A stretch of DNA of 64,000 bases from Octopus sinensis (Eukaryota), in assembly GCF_006345805.1 (NCBI RefSeq), contig NW_021833420.1, forward strand, positions 11,637 to 75,636, given 5' to 3'. Shown piece by piece: positions 1 to 12,464 of this stretch. A program made the position numbers and the translations under genes. The notes under the pieces were generated by a model. That model was not told the DNA's origin, did not search any database, and was given only the letters and a program-made list of their open reading frames with translations. The first letter of the stretch is position 1, and every line of letters starts with the position of its first letter.

Positions 1-845
1 CGTTCCGCGTTGAGCGTTTGATTCCGTTCAAGCAATTCGTAACGGATAATCCCTTCCCAGTCCCACCATACGTACAACATCGTTTTACGTGGATGAAGAT
101 CTTGTTTCAAGTTCGGTGTCGCTTGTTTACCGGGGCTAAGTCATTCCTTACGCTGCTTCATATTGATGTGCAGACACCATTTTTCGTCGCCAGTAGCGAT
201 TCGGTAAAGAAATTGTGGCTTGTGTCCATGAGTTGAGCGGTGACGAGCAAGCAAACCAGCGGAGATTGTGGCTCGTTGATTTTTGCTGTTGTCACTTAAA
301 GCATGCGGAACCCATACTCCATACTTCCCAACCTTTCCTATCAAGTGAAGATGCTTATCTATAGCAGTGTGGGAGCATTCCATTTCCTCTGCCAGTTCAC
401 TTGTCGTTTGACGAGAATTTTCGTGCAAAAGTTGGTTTAATCGCACTTCATCGAACTCAACTGGACGGCGAGAACGAGGTGCGTCTTTGAGGTCAAAATT
501 TCAGTTTTTGAACTTGGCATACCAATCACGAGCGGTTCTTTCAGTTATGGCACCCTCTCCATACATAGCACAAATGTCGCGAGCAGCTTTTACGGCCTTA
601 GAACCCTGATTAAAAGCAAAAAGGAGGAGGTGTCGAAAATGCTCGTTTTTCTTAACTTGACATTCCATTTTGATGATCTGAAAATAAACAAAAATTAACT
701 AAAATTAACTAGAAAAGAAAAACAAAATAGATTCCAAAATGATTCAAAAATAGAATTCTCGCAAAAGAAAATATATTCCACAATTTAAAAACGCAATAAA
801 TTCCAAAATTAAAAAAAACGGCGGGAACTTAGTTGCAACCCAATA
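1..845 (-). mobile_element. mariner (Tc1/mariner) element, 5' part with degenerate transposase
   Basis: ORF 446-141 contains WVPHAL and TGDEKW; TIR-like end tattgggttgcaactaagttcccgccg (minus strand) ending in TA at 844-845; runs off the window. Confidence 0.88.
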
Positions 846-1039
846 GCTATCCATTAGCCACATTTCTAGTTTGCTTTGTAGGTGTAATGAAGGTTAATAG
901 GTAATTAAAATATATGGGCCTCTATTATATATGATTAGATCCGATGGGATAAAATAAATGCTCAGTCACAGATTAATAGGGTTAGATAATGTGTTCCTTC
1001 AGTATCACATACAACACTCATAATAGATTCTTTTTATAT

Positions 1040-1560
1040 TTTCATTATTCTCTTAATAATTCATAGACCTCCATACAGCATTGTCTACACCCCATATCTA
1101 CTGTTAGAGTATGGTTTTGCTACCCTAATTATATACCATTTTATATCGATATTATCGTATTTGAGCTCTCAAACTTTCGTGGCTAATGATGTTCTACCAG
1201 CCCTAGGTTTCAGTTTGAAAGACGATTGCAGGTTGCGTAGTCTCTTTATACATATATAAATATAAATATAAGAATATAAATATAAGTATTATCCTTTGTC
1301 GTCACTGTACACCTGTATACAACATTTTCAGCCATACAGTGACCAGAAATCGGGCGTGATTTTTTTCGAAACAATTGCATCTATGTTTGGTCATGACGCA
1401 ATTGTTATTACGAATAATCCCTCTTATACTATTTTGGCTTATAGAATTATCCTATTGGGTGCTATTAGTGTTCATATAGTTACTACCAGAGGCAATGTTA
1501 AAATATCTAGGGTCGTTATTATTAACTATATTCAGAGTAGTAGTTGGTGGATTGATTAGC
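1040..1560 (-). mobile_element. Penelope-like element remnant (GIY-YIG C-terminus)
   Basis: Broken frames give CNC...NVVYRCTVTTKDN...KWYIIRVAKPYSNS, resembling PLE endonuclease ends. About 90 bp is shared with 3775-3870. Confidence 0.7.
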
Positions 1561-2668
1561 TTCAGGTGACCTGCTCTACGCGCGGGTGAGGGTGTGGTTG
1601 TTACTTTCTGTTGCTTCCTTTCTGTTTCTTATCGCTACATTCTCCCTCTTTGTTTTTCTCTCCTTTCTCACTTTTCCACTCTCTTACTCTTCATTTCTCT
1701 TGGACTCTCCCTCGCTTTCTCTTACTCTCTATCTTTCTATATCTGTCTCCCATTTATAAAAAACAAAAGATCTTGAGTAAGTTGATAAAGAAAATATTTT
1801 GAAAGATCAATCATAAATATCAGGTCGTGACAACGGAAAGCACACTTGCCTTTTGTACGTGCCACTATTTGAGCGATTAAAAATAAAGAAAAAAGGATTT
1901 CTTTGTTAAATTTAGTACTTATTTTGGGAATTTTTCGATGATTGACCATGCAAATGAAAGCTCTAAACACGGGCTACATGCAGCTGCAAATTTCTTTCAG
2001 TAAAAATGAAAACTGTAAACAATAAAATATAAGAGGCAAAAATACGTAAAAATGAGAAATGTTTTTCAACTTCAAAAATCTTGCCTTAATTTTCAAAATT
2101 TCGAACCCATTTTGCGCGCTTAAATTACAAATCCGCTTCCACTTTACCATGTTGAAAATGTGATTGAAATCGGGCAAAAAAGTGTCCAATCAAGACACGC
2201 AAGTGTCCCCCAAAATCAATAAAATCCCTGTTTTCACAGCAAAACAACCACTGTAGCGCCCCAAAACGTCTGCCAATCAATTTCTCACCTCACGTTACCC
2301 CCTCCTGTAAATTTTAATCCCCTTCCAGCCCCATTTAGGGTCCTTTTTACATAAAAATCCAATTTCTATCAACGTTCGCCTTCTTCATTTTATAGATTAG
2401 ATTGTTTTACTTGTTTCGGTATTATGACTTAATTTAATTTGGGTCTACGCGGGACACATGTTAAAAGATGAGGAATTTTGCCCTAAAGGCCATGTCTTTC
2501 AATTGAGCAAACTCAAAGTTGCCATGCAAACTCGCTAGTATTTTTAACATAGGTATGCATATTTTCAGCTCAGTCCGACCACATATTCATACATTATATA
2601 TATATATATATAATAGAAATATTAAAATTACTAAGTCTCTCTAAAGGAGATTACAGCTGCGTTACTGG

Positions 2669-2812
2669 ATATTAATAGTTATCGCCATACTAATATGGCA
2701 TCGCCTCTAGGACATCGCCTCTAGCTAGCGATGGCCTCTTGGAGCTAATCAGCGACAGCTTTAGTCTTATATTTATAGACTGCCATATTAGTATGGCGAT
2801 AACTATTAATAT
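2669..2812. mobile_element. 144-bp MITE-like/foldback element with perfect 32-bp inverted arms
   Basis: atattaatagttatcgccatactaatatggca (2669-2700) and its reverse complement (2781-2812); followed by (TA)n. Confidence 0.65.
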
Positions 2813-2820
2813 ATATATAT

Positions 2821-2852
<32 letters not shown>

Positions 2853-2905
2853 CGTATTAAATATGTACATATATACGCATAATATATACATGTCTACACA
2901 CACAT

Positions 2906-2946
<41 letters not shown>

Positions 2947-3229
2947 AAAATATATACTTTATATACACATATATATATGTATACACATTATATATATATA
3001 TATATTTATATACAAACATATATATATTTAAATTAACACAATATATCTGATTTATAATATTTGTTATGATGGCGCGGAGATGGTGGGCGATAATAATTCA
3101 CCGTTCTAAAAGACCTGTGGCGGTAATATTTCAACTTTTACGGTCGTCAACGCTTTCTCTCTATAGATACAGACAGACGTACAGTAAGGGAGGTGGTGGG
3201 AGAAAGAGTGACAGAGAGACGAAGCTGTC

Positions 3230-3530
3230 AAACGTCGTTATAGAGAGAATGTGCAGGGAAGGAAGGAAAAAGAGAGATCGAGGAAGAAAGGGTGATAGCC
3301 GAAAGGGAGAAACGACAAACACTTGTCAAAGTGTGGAATTTGTTGCCCTAGTAACCACAGCTTTTGAGATATGGGTTTTTAACCTAGTGCAGCCGCTTCC
3401 TCGCCTCTTTTTACATGTCCCTGTAAATTTTGGTACCAATCCGATCCCATCTAGCGCTCCTTAAACTGTTCCAATCCCAAAATGAGACAAACAAATTTTT
3501 CGCATTTCAGCTTTTTAGATATTGATTTGG
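3230..3530 (+). mobile_element. non-autonomous Helitron/Helentron (DINE/HINE-like) terminal segment
   Basis: Terminal pattern ...aaattttggtaccaatccg...agacaaacaaa...ttcagctttttagatattgat resembles HINE/DINE-like ends; similar ends at 7500-7700 and 56160-56290. Confidence 0.4.
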
Positions 3531-3759
3531 GATAGAAACTATGAGAATAGGAACAATTTCACTAGATGATCATGCTAATTGTTAGACTATACAGACTTAA
3601 ACATGAAAAAGTAGGGAAACTAAGAGTGTAGTAACATTGGCTAAAAACTAAACTGAAATGTTAGGTAATACCTTTAAAATATTTAAAGGTATGGGTTACT
3701 TTATTAATAAATAAAAGGCGTAGGTCCAATTTATTATTAATTAAATTTTCACTATTCGC

Positions 3760-4580
3760 CTATTTAATATTTCATAGACCTCCATACAGCATTATCTACA
3801 CCCGATATCTGCTGTTAGAGTAAGGTTTTGCTACCCTAATTATATACCATTTTATATTGAATTCGATATAATCGTCTTTGATTCTGCATAGGATAAGAAG
3901 GGATTATGCAATCAGAATCTATCAGCAATGGGCCAGGAATTGACAGGGATTCGTTTGGGCATAATTCTAAGCTAACTGAAAGTAGTTTATGACCGCAATT
4001 TGTGACAGGGCTAGAGTGAAAATCTGTTTTTATATCATTAGCAGTCACAAGCTGCTTACTACCAAGACAATCACTACAACCATCATTTGTAGCTGGCACA
4101 ATCCTATTAATGTTTTTAGATTCAACAGCATTAAGGGGATTATAAACCCTGGGGATATTGGAATGTTTAGTATTAGTGTTACTTATGTCGATGAGGTTAT
4201 CATGATTGCCAGTTGGTACTATATCATCATAATCCCTATCACTATTGTTACGGGTTAGGTTTATGCTTTTTCTGTTCAGGCCAGCTACAATCGTACTAAG
4301 GGTAGAATAGGAAACTCTAATATTCTTACGGGTAACATTTGTGCGATGGGGCGGGGAAAGTTCTTATCTAATATGCTAAAGAATGTTTTATATAAATTAG
4401 TACATATTACGTAATTGCATGATGGATTATACCAGATTACATCATTGTTATTTGTGTGTTTTCCTTTATACCTCCTACGCTTCTTAGACTTATAGTTAGT
4501 TGCAGATTTATACGATACTAGCTGAATCACTGCCTTCAGGGCGGTTGATTAAAGAATTTCCTTATAGACAACGTTGTCAG
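3760..4580 (-). mobile_element. Penelope-like element remnant (post-RT linker and truncated GIY-YIG)
   Basis: VIWYNPSCNYVICTNLYKTFFSILDKNFP resembles the PLE motif IIWFNPP..N..TNIG..FL.I.DK.FP; the 3' end shares sequence with 1058-1150. Confidence 0.72.
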
Positions 4581-4599
4581 TGTAGATTCCTTTCATACC

Positions 4600-7160
4600 C
4601 TTATACTCTGAGTCCAAAGCAAATATATACACATTGTTCCCAGAACCAAAGCCAATACATGTACATTGTACCCAGAAACAAAGCAAATATATACACATTG
4701 TTCCCAGAAGCCAACATGGCTTCCGTTATCTCAGTCCATTTTGGGTTGGTTGTCATACTGATGAAGTAGTCTGGATTTCCAAACTCTCTCACCAGAGCAA
4801 TTCGAGGTTGAAAACACTCCCTGTAAAACCGAGGAGAAGCAGTATGTGATGGCGGAAGGATGATTTTAGACCCTTCGTCATTCATGTCTCCATTTGCAAT
4901 AGCATCCATAAGACCCTGGTACTTTTCAGCCTTAAGTTGTTTCTGATGAGTTCTCAGGAAGTGTAATCGATCTTGCTCTATCTTTGTATATTAATCTACT
5001 GCATGTTGTTGCATCAGACGTTTACTTTTCATTATGCCTTTGAACTCGTCCTTTCTTATCTGGAGCCGATAAGAATAAGTCACATTCAGTGATAGCTTTG
5101 CTTCCGGTATTGTCTTTCAAGAGCGCATTCCAGCCCTCTTCTCCATAGGGAAACAGAAGTAAATAATGAAGAAAGCCATAACCTTTGTGGATTTGACTAA
5201 TGTAGTCTAACTTTTCATTGCTCGCATTGTACTAAATGGCAACATCCACAGGTTTAATGTTTGGGTTATTGGTATCATCCACCACCGTGATCACAGCAAC
5301 TTTTTCTGCAGTTGATGGATTACAGCTTCTCTCATGTGACCCAACAGGAATAAGCCGTTTGTGATGACTTATAATATCATCGGTAGAATATTTTCCTGAT
5401 GCAGGGTATTCCTTAAGTGTGTCAATAGCCTGTTTAAACTTTTGACATATGGATTGTGCATATGCAATGCTCTCTGAAAGTCTAGCAGGATGTTCTCATT
5501 AAGGTCATTGTCAGCCCCTCTGAATGACAACCTGTTTCTCATCTCACTTTCAGTGTCAACGAAATATAGTTGTGTGTAGACTGGCTTCCTATTTACTGGT
5601 GGTAGGAAACTTTCTACGCGGTGGTACAACTTTCCTTGAATCTTGAATGTAGTCATATAAGTGCTACCACCCTATGGTCAAATTGGTGGATTATCCAGTC
5701 CAAGTGAAGCCATAAACTAGTAAATTATTGTAGTCACGAATTTTGTTCAGAAACATTTGACTGCATAGATTAACATCATTATATTAAGTTATTCATTCTG
5801 GGGCTTTTTTACCTGTGGAATTTTATATTTACTAATTTTTCCTTTGCCACAGCAGGGGGTAGTTTTCTCAGCTCTTCTAAGGTAATCTTTGCAGTTAGGG
5901 TATGTTCTGTTAAAAATGTTTCCATGGTAGTGCAACATAAAGATTGGGTTTCGTTCTTTCTCTTGAAAATCTGCCACATCAACTTCCATAGCCATTCTCT
6001 CAGTGTCAGTTCTTTGCTGACAAAGTTTCAGTTGCTATCGTGCCTGGTTGTCGCTACTGAATGTGTTGCAGTGACGTGTTTTCCCTAGAGACCTCTCCTC
6101 TTTCCCCAGCAGATCAGTATTTGTCCGTCGTGCTTCTGTTTAATGTGGTATTTTCATTGCACGGTTTTTCTGTGTTCTCAGCCGATTCACATTCTTCCGT
6201 TCTTTTTTTATTTTTCTGGTCTTTCCATTGCACGGGTTCCCTGTGTTCTCATCCGATTCGCATTTCTCCGTCCTTCTGAATCTTCTGGTCCTTCCATTGC
6301 ACGGGTTTCCTGTCTCTTCAGCCGATTGCATTTCTCCATACCTCTGTTTGTTCTGGTGTTTCTATTGCGTGGGGTTCTTGCATTCTCCTTCGCTTTATTT
6401 CGAGACACTGAGAAGAGCTAGGTCCTTGTCTGTTTTCTTCAATTAGCATCTGTTGTCTTTGCTCAGCAATCTTTTGTGAATAAGAATTTTTTCGGGTCAG
6501 GTTGTTGCCCTTTCTTTCTCTGAGCACAGTATACTGCTGAAAGCGTGAATATTTATGACAATTATACAGTGAAAGTTTTGCAACGATTCAGCTAGTATTT
6601 AAGCTAATTTCTCTGAACGGGAAGTTTCCACGGTAATTGTAAATATTTACTTTGAGTATTTATTTAAAATTACTCTACTCTCGCTAAACACTATTTTAAA
6701 GTGCGATTTTTTGTTGTTGAATTGCTCTAAACGAATTTTACCATAAAAATGTCGGAAATTTAGTATTTTTTAAGGTAATAATAAAATTAGTCGAACCTAT
6801 TTTCATGCAGTCGAATGCGTAGTTTCCAAAATTTTCATACTTTTTACATATGCTGTTTCAGACGACAGTACGTTCAATAACATATTCATACACGAAACGA
6901 CGTAAACACACATAAAAATAGTCCCGACGGCCGACGGCATGAAAATAGTTCCGGCAAATTTTATTAATATCTTTAAAAATACTAAATTTCCAATATTTTT
7001 ATGGTCAAATTCGCTTAGAGTAATTCAATGACATAAAAATCGAACTTTAAGATAGTGTTTAACGAGTATGGTGTAATTGTAATTTTCACCGAAGATCAAC
7101 AGTATATATTTTTTCAAAATGACACCGATAGAAACATTGGAAAAAACGCAACCGGTTAAG
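4600..7160 (-). mobile_element. degenerate Helitron (N-terminal repeats and Rep domain fragments)
   Basis: KIILPPSHTASPRFY...LVREFGNPDYFISMTTNPKWTEI (Rep), FKIQGKLYHRVESFLP...QLYF, LHMHNPYVKS, CCGKGKI, and R..RA.E.PE N-terminal repeats at 6140-6350. Confidence 0.88.
4614..4709. repeat. 32-bp minisatellite, three copies
   Basis: Unit ccaaagcaaatatatacacattgttcccagaa at 4614, 4646 and 4678. Confidence 0.85.
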
Positions 7161-7499
7161 AGAGAATGAAGTAAGAGAAGTAGTAAATATGTGTCTTAGA
7201 GAGAGAGAGAGTTATGAGAGGGAACATTGTGTGAGAGTGAGTGCGATACGTAATACTTATGTGTGTGTGTGTGAGAGAGAAAGAGAGAAAGAGACAGACA
7301 GACAGAGAGAGAAACGTCAAATTAACACCAACGGAGACATGGAAAGAGCGCAACCGATTAAGAGAGAGTGAGTTATGAGAGGAAGCATTGTTTGCAATTC
7401 TATCAATTACCACTCCTCACACTACAGCTCCCAATAAGAGAAAGAGGTAGTAAGCGTGAGGAATAGTAGGAGAGTCACTGAATAGTGAGAGAGGGGTAA

Positions 7500-7700
7500 T
7501 TCGTTTTGTCGGATTTTACCAGACTGGAACCGGACCGGTTAATTTTCGTGAATCCCATATAGATGTTAACACTTTCTCGGTACCCACGGTTCCTCACGCC
7601 AAGTTTGGTCGAATCGGTCCAGTGGTTGCGGAGGAGTTTGGAAACACGATTTTGACACAGACATACACACTAGACGTAAAAAGCGCAATTATAGTATAGA
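7500..7700 (+). mobile_element. Helentron/HINE-like terminal segment
   Basis: ccaagtttggtcgaatcggtccagtggttgcggaggag...cagacatacacac...attatagtatagat pattern. Confidence 0.5.
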
Positions 7701-7759
7701 TACTTATGTTTTTGTTGTTATCAATATCCTTATTTTTGCTACAATAATTATTTCCGCAC

Positions 7760-8720
7760 TTAACTACATTTAGCCACTTTTTTCTGGTATACCCATTAGT
7801 TAATTAGTTAACCTCTTGACTCCATCATCAACACAATTACTTTTATTATAGCTTTTAATGAATTTAGTGGGCCTTCTAATATCATTCTCACAATTCCCAG
7901 AAATGGGAGTGATTCTTATGTTAGTGTTGTGTACATTATCATCTAGTTTCGGTGATTTAATAAAGCCAATGAATCCACTGGAATTCATTGAAACTAGTCT
8001 AATCGTATCACTCGAATTTGTCTTAAGCATCTGCCTATGTGCTGATACGATATTAACATTATCATTACCATCAATACATTTATCATTATTATGACGGATA
8101 GTTTTACATTTAGACTTTTCATATACAATGTCTTGTTTCTAGCGGGTTTTTCGTATAGCCGAATTATAAAAATGAGTGTAGGAATTGACAATGCTAGTTG
8201 CATATTCCTCCTTTTACTAGGGATTTAATCACGCAGTGGTGATGGTAGCTGGGAGGGGGCGGTGATTGGAGAATTTACTGACATATTTAGTGATTTCCTC
8301 GGGTTTTCTATAGGGATAGTATAATCCAGATTTAAGGTCTAATTTTACATCCAAGAAATCAACCACTTTAGTACCATGCTCGAAAGTTAAATTTAGGTTG
8401 AAGTTTCGAAGGAATTTTCTAATTTTATACGCGTCCTCTCCAAGACTGTTTCACTGCTACTGTGTATGACGAACATTCATGTATAAACCATCACGAAGAT
8501 CTCGGAATTCCTTACTAACACAGTGTAGGAGGTAGATTCTTACTATGTCGGTAACTTGGGCTGAATCACTGAATCTCATGGCTATATCGAAGTTGTCGCC
8601 GGTATAACTTCTCTTCCATAGTCTCTCCTCAAACTCAATGATAGTTCGTCTAAGGTGTTCTAGACATTTTAACATCTCCCTGGCCGAACACTTGGCCCTT
8701 CGATGTTGCTGACGCCGCCA
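7760..8720 (-). mobile_element. Penelope-like element RT remnant
   Basis: One frame reads RKFLRNFNLNLTFEHGTKVVDFLDVKLDLKSGLYYPYRKPE, the typical PLE RT motif FLDV.L....Y..YRKP. Confidence 0.78.
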
Positions 8721-8729
8721 ACATCAAAC

Positions 8730-10530
8730 CGGCTGACAAGTATAGAGCTGTTGTGTGATGTGTGCAGACCATTACAAGGCTGAAGCTCTCCGCCAACTTC
8801 AGGATATCGTCTTCTGTTTCCCTCTACTCTTCAGCCCCACTACTAACTACCAACAGACTATGTCTTCAACTATTCATTTCTTCTTCCTACCTCCTCTAAC
8901 CTCATTCTCCCTACCTCAATCACCCTCACTATTTAATTCCTTCCCAAAATGCACAAGCCCAACAACCCTGGCCGCCCCATCGTCTCCGTCTCCAACTGCC
9001 CGCAGAAATGATCTCCAAGTACCTTGACTGTGTCCTTTCAGCCTAGATGCTTCACTCCTCTCACACATTCACCATACTAATCATGCTGTTTAATTCTTTC
9101 TCCTTCTCTCCTGGTCCCTCCCAAATCCTGTTTACTTTCGACATTAAGCCGCTGTGCACAGTGATCCCGCACAACGAAGGCCTTCATGCGCTAAAACACT
9201 TCAGCCAGACCCTCAGCTTGATACCTCCACTTTTCTTCGTTTCTCCTAACTTGTTTTTCTGCTTCAACTGCTTTTCGTTCGCGAGTGAGTTTTACCAACA
9301 GGTCTCGCGGGGGAGTTTTACCAAGGGCTATGGCAACGAGAATGGACTTCAGCTATGCGAACTTGTTCGTTGGCTATGTTGAGGCGCAAATATTCTCACA
9401 GTTCACTAGTCTCACTCTTGAGCTATACGGTCGATATATCGATGAGTGTATCGGCGTAACCTCACTCTCCCGTTAACATCTTGACTTCTTCCTCTCCTTT
9501 GTCCAATCTTTCCAGTCTGCCCTCGAATTCTCTTCTACTGTTTCTAACTCTTCCGTCGAATTTCCCGACATTTCTTTCAATATGCACCACACCACTCTCG
9601 TCACTTCCATTCACTACAAACACACAGACTCACACTCCTACCTTCGTTTCTCCTCCACCAACCCTACTCACTCCAAGCTCTTCATCCTCTACTCCCATTT
9701 CCTTCGTCTACGCCGGCTCTGCAGTACCGACCATGACTGAGACCCAGTCTCAACTCATGGCTCGCTACTTCACTGTACGTGATATCCCCTCACTATTATT
9801 CATACACACACACACACACACTCACACACACACATACACACACACACAAACACACACACTCACACACACACACACACATACACACACAAATACACAAAAC
9901 GCACATCACTCCCTCTAAACAACACATACACTAGGTTACTTGTACACACATACACAAACATCGAGACCGATGCGTTTGCACACACATGATAATTGACACC
10001 TATCCCACACAGATTTCCACATACCTACACACATTCATACGCGTACACATACATTCACACATCCATACGCGCACACGCATACATACCAGTATACGAAACG
10101 CATATCACTCCACATAATGTACGCACTGGGTCACTTACACGCACATACACACACAGAGGTCCACATAATTCTCAGCTCGTCCACACATACATACTCATGC
10201 ACTCGCCCCCACTCATAATACATACGCGCTCACACACACCATTCTCACATACTCACACGCGCTTGAATAAATTTGCTTAGCTGGGTTATCGTTATTATCT
10301 CTCATTCAACCTCTTCCTTCAGGCCATTTCATCATGTTGAACCGTTAATCCTACGCATTTCTATCTCCGTCTGTTTTTTGTTTTTTTTTCATTCTCTTTC
10401 ATTTTTTTTCCCATCTTAATCCTTTCTGTCGAAGAGCGTAGGCTCGAAACGTAGAAGACTTTCCATTCTTCCCGAGCGTTAAGCTAATACACCCGCTGGT
10501 TGTTCCTACACCTGTCTTCGTCTTAGCATT
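8730..10530 (+). mobile_element. Penelope-like element remnant (RT fragments, microsatellite-disrupted, 3' pLTR)
   Basis: GRPIVS, FTFDIKPLCTVIPH, G.AM.TRM..SYANLFVGYVE, YGRYID.CIG, and SIHYKxTDSHSYL-like fragments; terminal hairpin motif at 10422-10457. Confidence 0.8.
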
Positions 10531-10809
10531 TGGAAAGTTGATTTTTAATGTGTTGTACGTGTGGTGCTTTAGCTTTAAAATTTGTATGTGTGGTGGTGGT
10601 GGTGGTGATGCATTGTGTGTTGGGAAAAAGAAGTCTTCCATTGTGGATGTTTGTGCAGTCTGTTTGTGCTGTGTACTGTGTCGGTGCTTGTGGTGGTAGT
10701 ATTGGTGGTGTTGTTGTTGTTTGCTGTGTTTGCTTATTGCTGCTGATGGAATTTCCTCCTGTTTGCTCTTTTCCCTCTTTTTTCTACTGTCTTTCTTTTC
10801 CTTTTTTGT

Positions 10810-10950
10810 GAACTCTAGTATTATCAGGCGATTGTAACGCTGTCTTAGATGGACGTTTCGATTGCGTGGGAGTATCTGACAGGAGAGGGGGTGCAAAAGC
10901 CTCCAAAACCTGCTCACACGTTTTCAGTTGTGTGACAGGTATCGACTAGA
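10810..10950 (+). mobile_element. Tx1/L1-clade APE endonuclease fragment
   Basis: LVLSGDCNAVLD (GDFN-like) followed by ...LLTRFQLCDRYRLD in a shifted frame. Confidence 0.55.
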
Positions 10951-10974
10951 TTACACACGCAAAACAAGCGTTGG

Positions 10975-11420
10975 TTTTTGATAACCGTTGGGAAATGGTA
11001 AGCGTTAGGAATTGATAGCTAAAGCATTGTCTGGAGACTCCGTGATTTCCGAGATGAAATACCCCGCAGCTAGTGGACTATTATCGACAGAGCGCCACCC
11101 TATTCAGGCGTCACCTCCAACTGCCAGCTCTGCTCCCGCGAAAAACGGCATATCCTCTAACAACCCGCAGTATCTATCAACAAGAAATACGATTTATCGT
11201 ACTGCTGTCACCAGAGGAATGCCCTTCCGGCAAATTACAGAACTCTGATTACCGACAACTTGGATACACCATCTTAGCAACAGCTGCTACTTTGCACAGC
11301 CTGCACCAAAGTCACCGCTACCAATGACTCCCATAAGCAGGGCCGCCATTTATCAATTTCCGTTTACCAACTCTCAACGCTTACCAATCCCCAACGCTTA
11401 CCAATTCCCAACGCCTGTTT
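10975..11420 (+). mobile_element. Penelope-like element 3' end (GIY-YIG C-terminus) with inverted 5' pLTR fragment
   Basis: WTIIDRAPPYSGVTSNCQLCSREKRHIL...SINKKYDLSYCCHQRN. 10981-11015 is an inverted copy of the caacgcttaccaattccc repeats at about 11365-11412. Confidence 0.75.
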
Positions 11421-12168
11421 TGCGCGTGTATACTCGCGCATGCATGCGTCTGAATGCACAAGTACATGCACATACGTGTGCGCGCACACACTGTTATGCA
11501 TGCGTACATGTATGTGAATATACATATATACATATGGATGCACATGTGTGTGTATGCGTGTATGTGTGTGCATGTGAACGTATGCTCGTATATGCGTGTG
11601 TGAGCGCACACGCGCACGCGTGTATGTGTGTAGACGTGCGCGAGCGCGCCCGTGTACAAATGCACATGCGTCAATATACACATGCACGCAAAAGTATACG
11701 AGCGCACCTACACACCCATATAGAACTATATACTTGCACATGCCGCCCCTTTCTGACAACCTAACCGATTTCTTAATCGCCACGTAGTCTATTTCGTGTC
11801 CTTTAACATAAGGCTGGCCCAGGGCTAAACGACTAATCAATGAATGTTGCGATCCAATCACGAATCCACTAAGCAGTGTCTCTGAACTAATCCACTTTCA
11901 ATTACCACCTCTCCAACTTTATCCATTTATTATGATTGGAAAATGAACTCGAATGGTTAGTAGTGTCCATCTGAGTAAAATAATGATTAAAGAGACCCAT
12001 AGATAACAAAATGGTTCAGAAACAACGCTTCAGTGCATTTAAGATAAAAATAATACAAAAATAGAAGCAACTCTTTTATAAGAGTAACTTCCCTTGTAAA
12101 AATATTGCTCTTTAAAAATTACATTTTAAATACTGATAGAGTGAAAATATGGAAAATACGATCTAAAT

Positions 12169-12413
12169 CATGAGTGGAGAAACTTGTTAGTTAAAAAGGT
12201 CCGCGGGCGGATCACAAGTGCTGACTCTTATATCTGGGTAAGTCTTGTATATATAGGCGCAGGAGTGGCAGTGACCTAAGTAGATTGCTTACCAGCCACA
12301 TGGTTTCGGGTTCAGTCACCTTGGGCAAGTGTCTTCTACTATAGCCTCGGGCCGAGCAAAGCCTTGCAAGTAGATTTGATAGACGAGAACTGAAAGAAGC
12401 TCGTCGTATATAT

Positions 12414-12464
<51 letters not shown>

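Noticed and set aside
4614-4709. 32-bp repeats (and 24-bp repeats at 47878-47945) as a possible CRISPR array
   Set aside because: Head-to-tail with no unique spacers, eukaryotic context, no cas genes.
12256-12340. tRNA-like A/B box heads here and in other SINE copies
   Set aside because: These are SINE heads followed by SINE body and tail, not complete cloverleaf tRNA genes.
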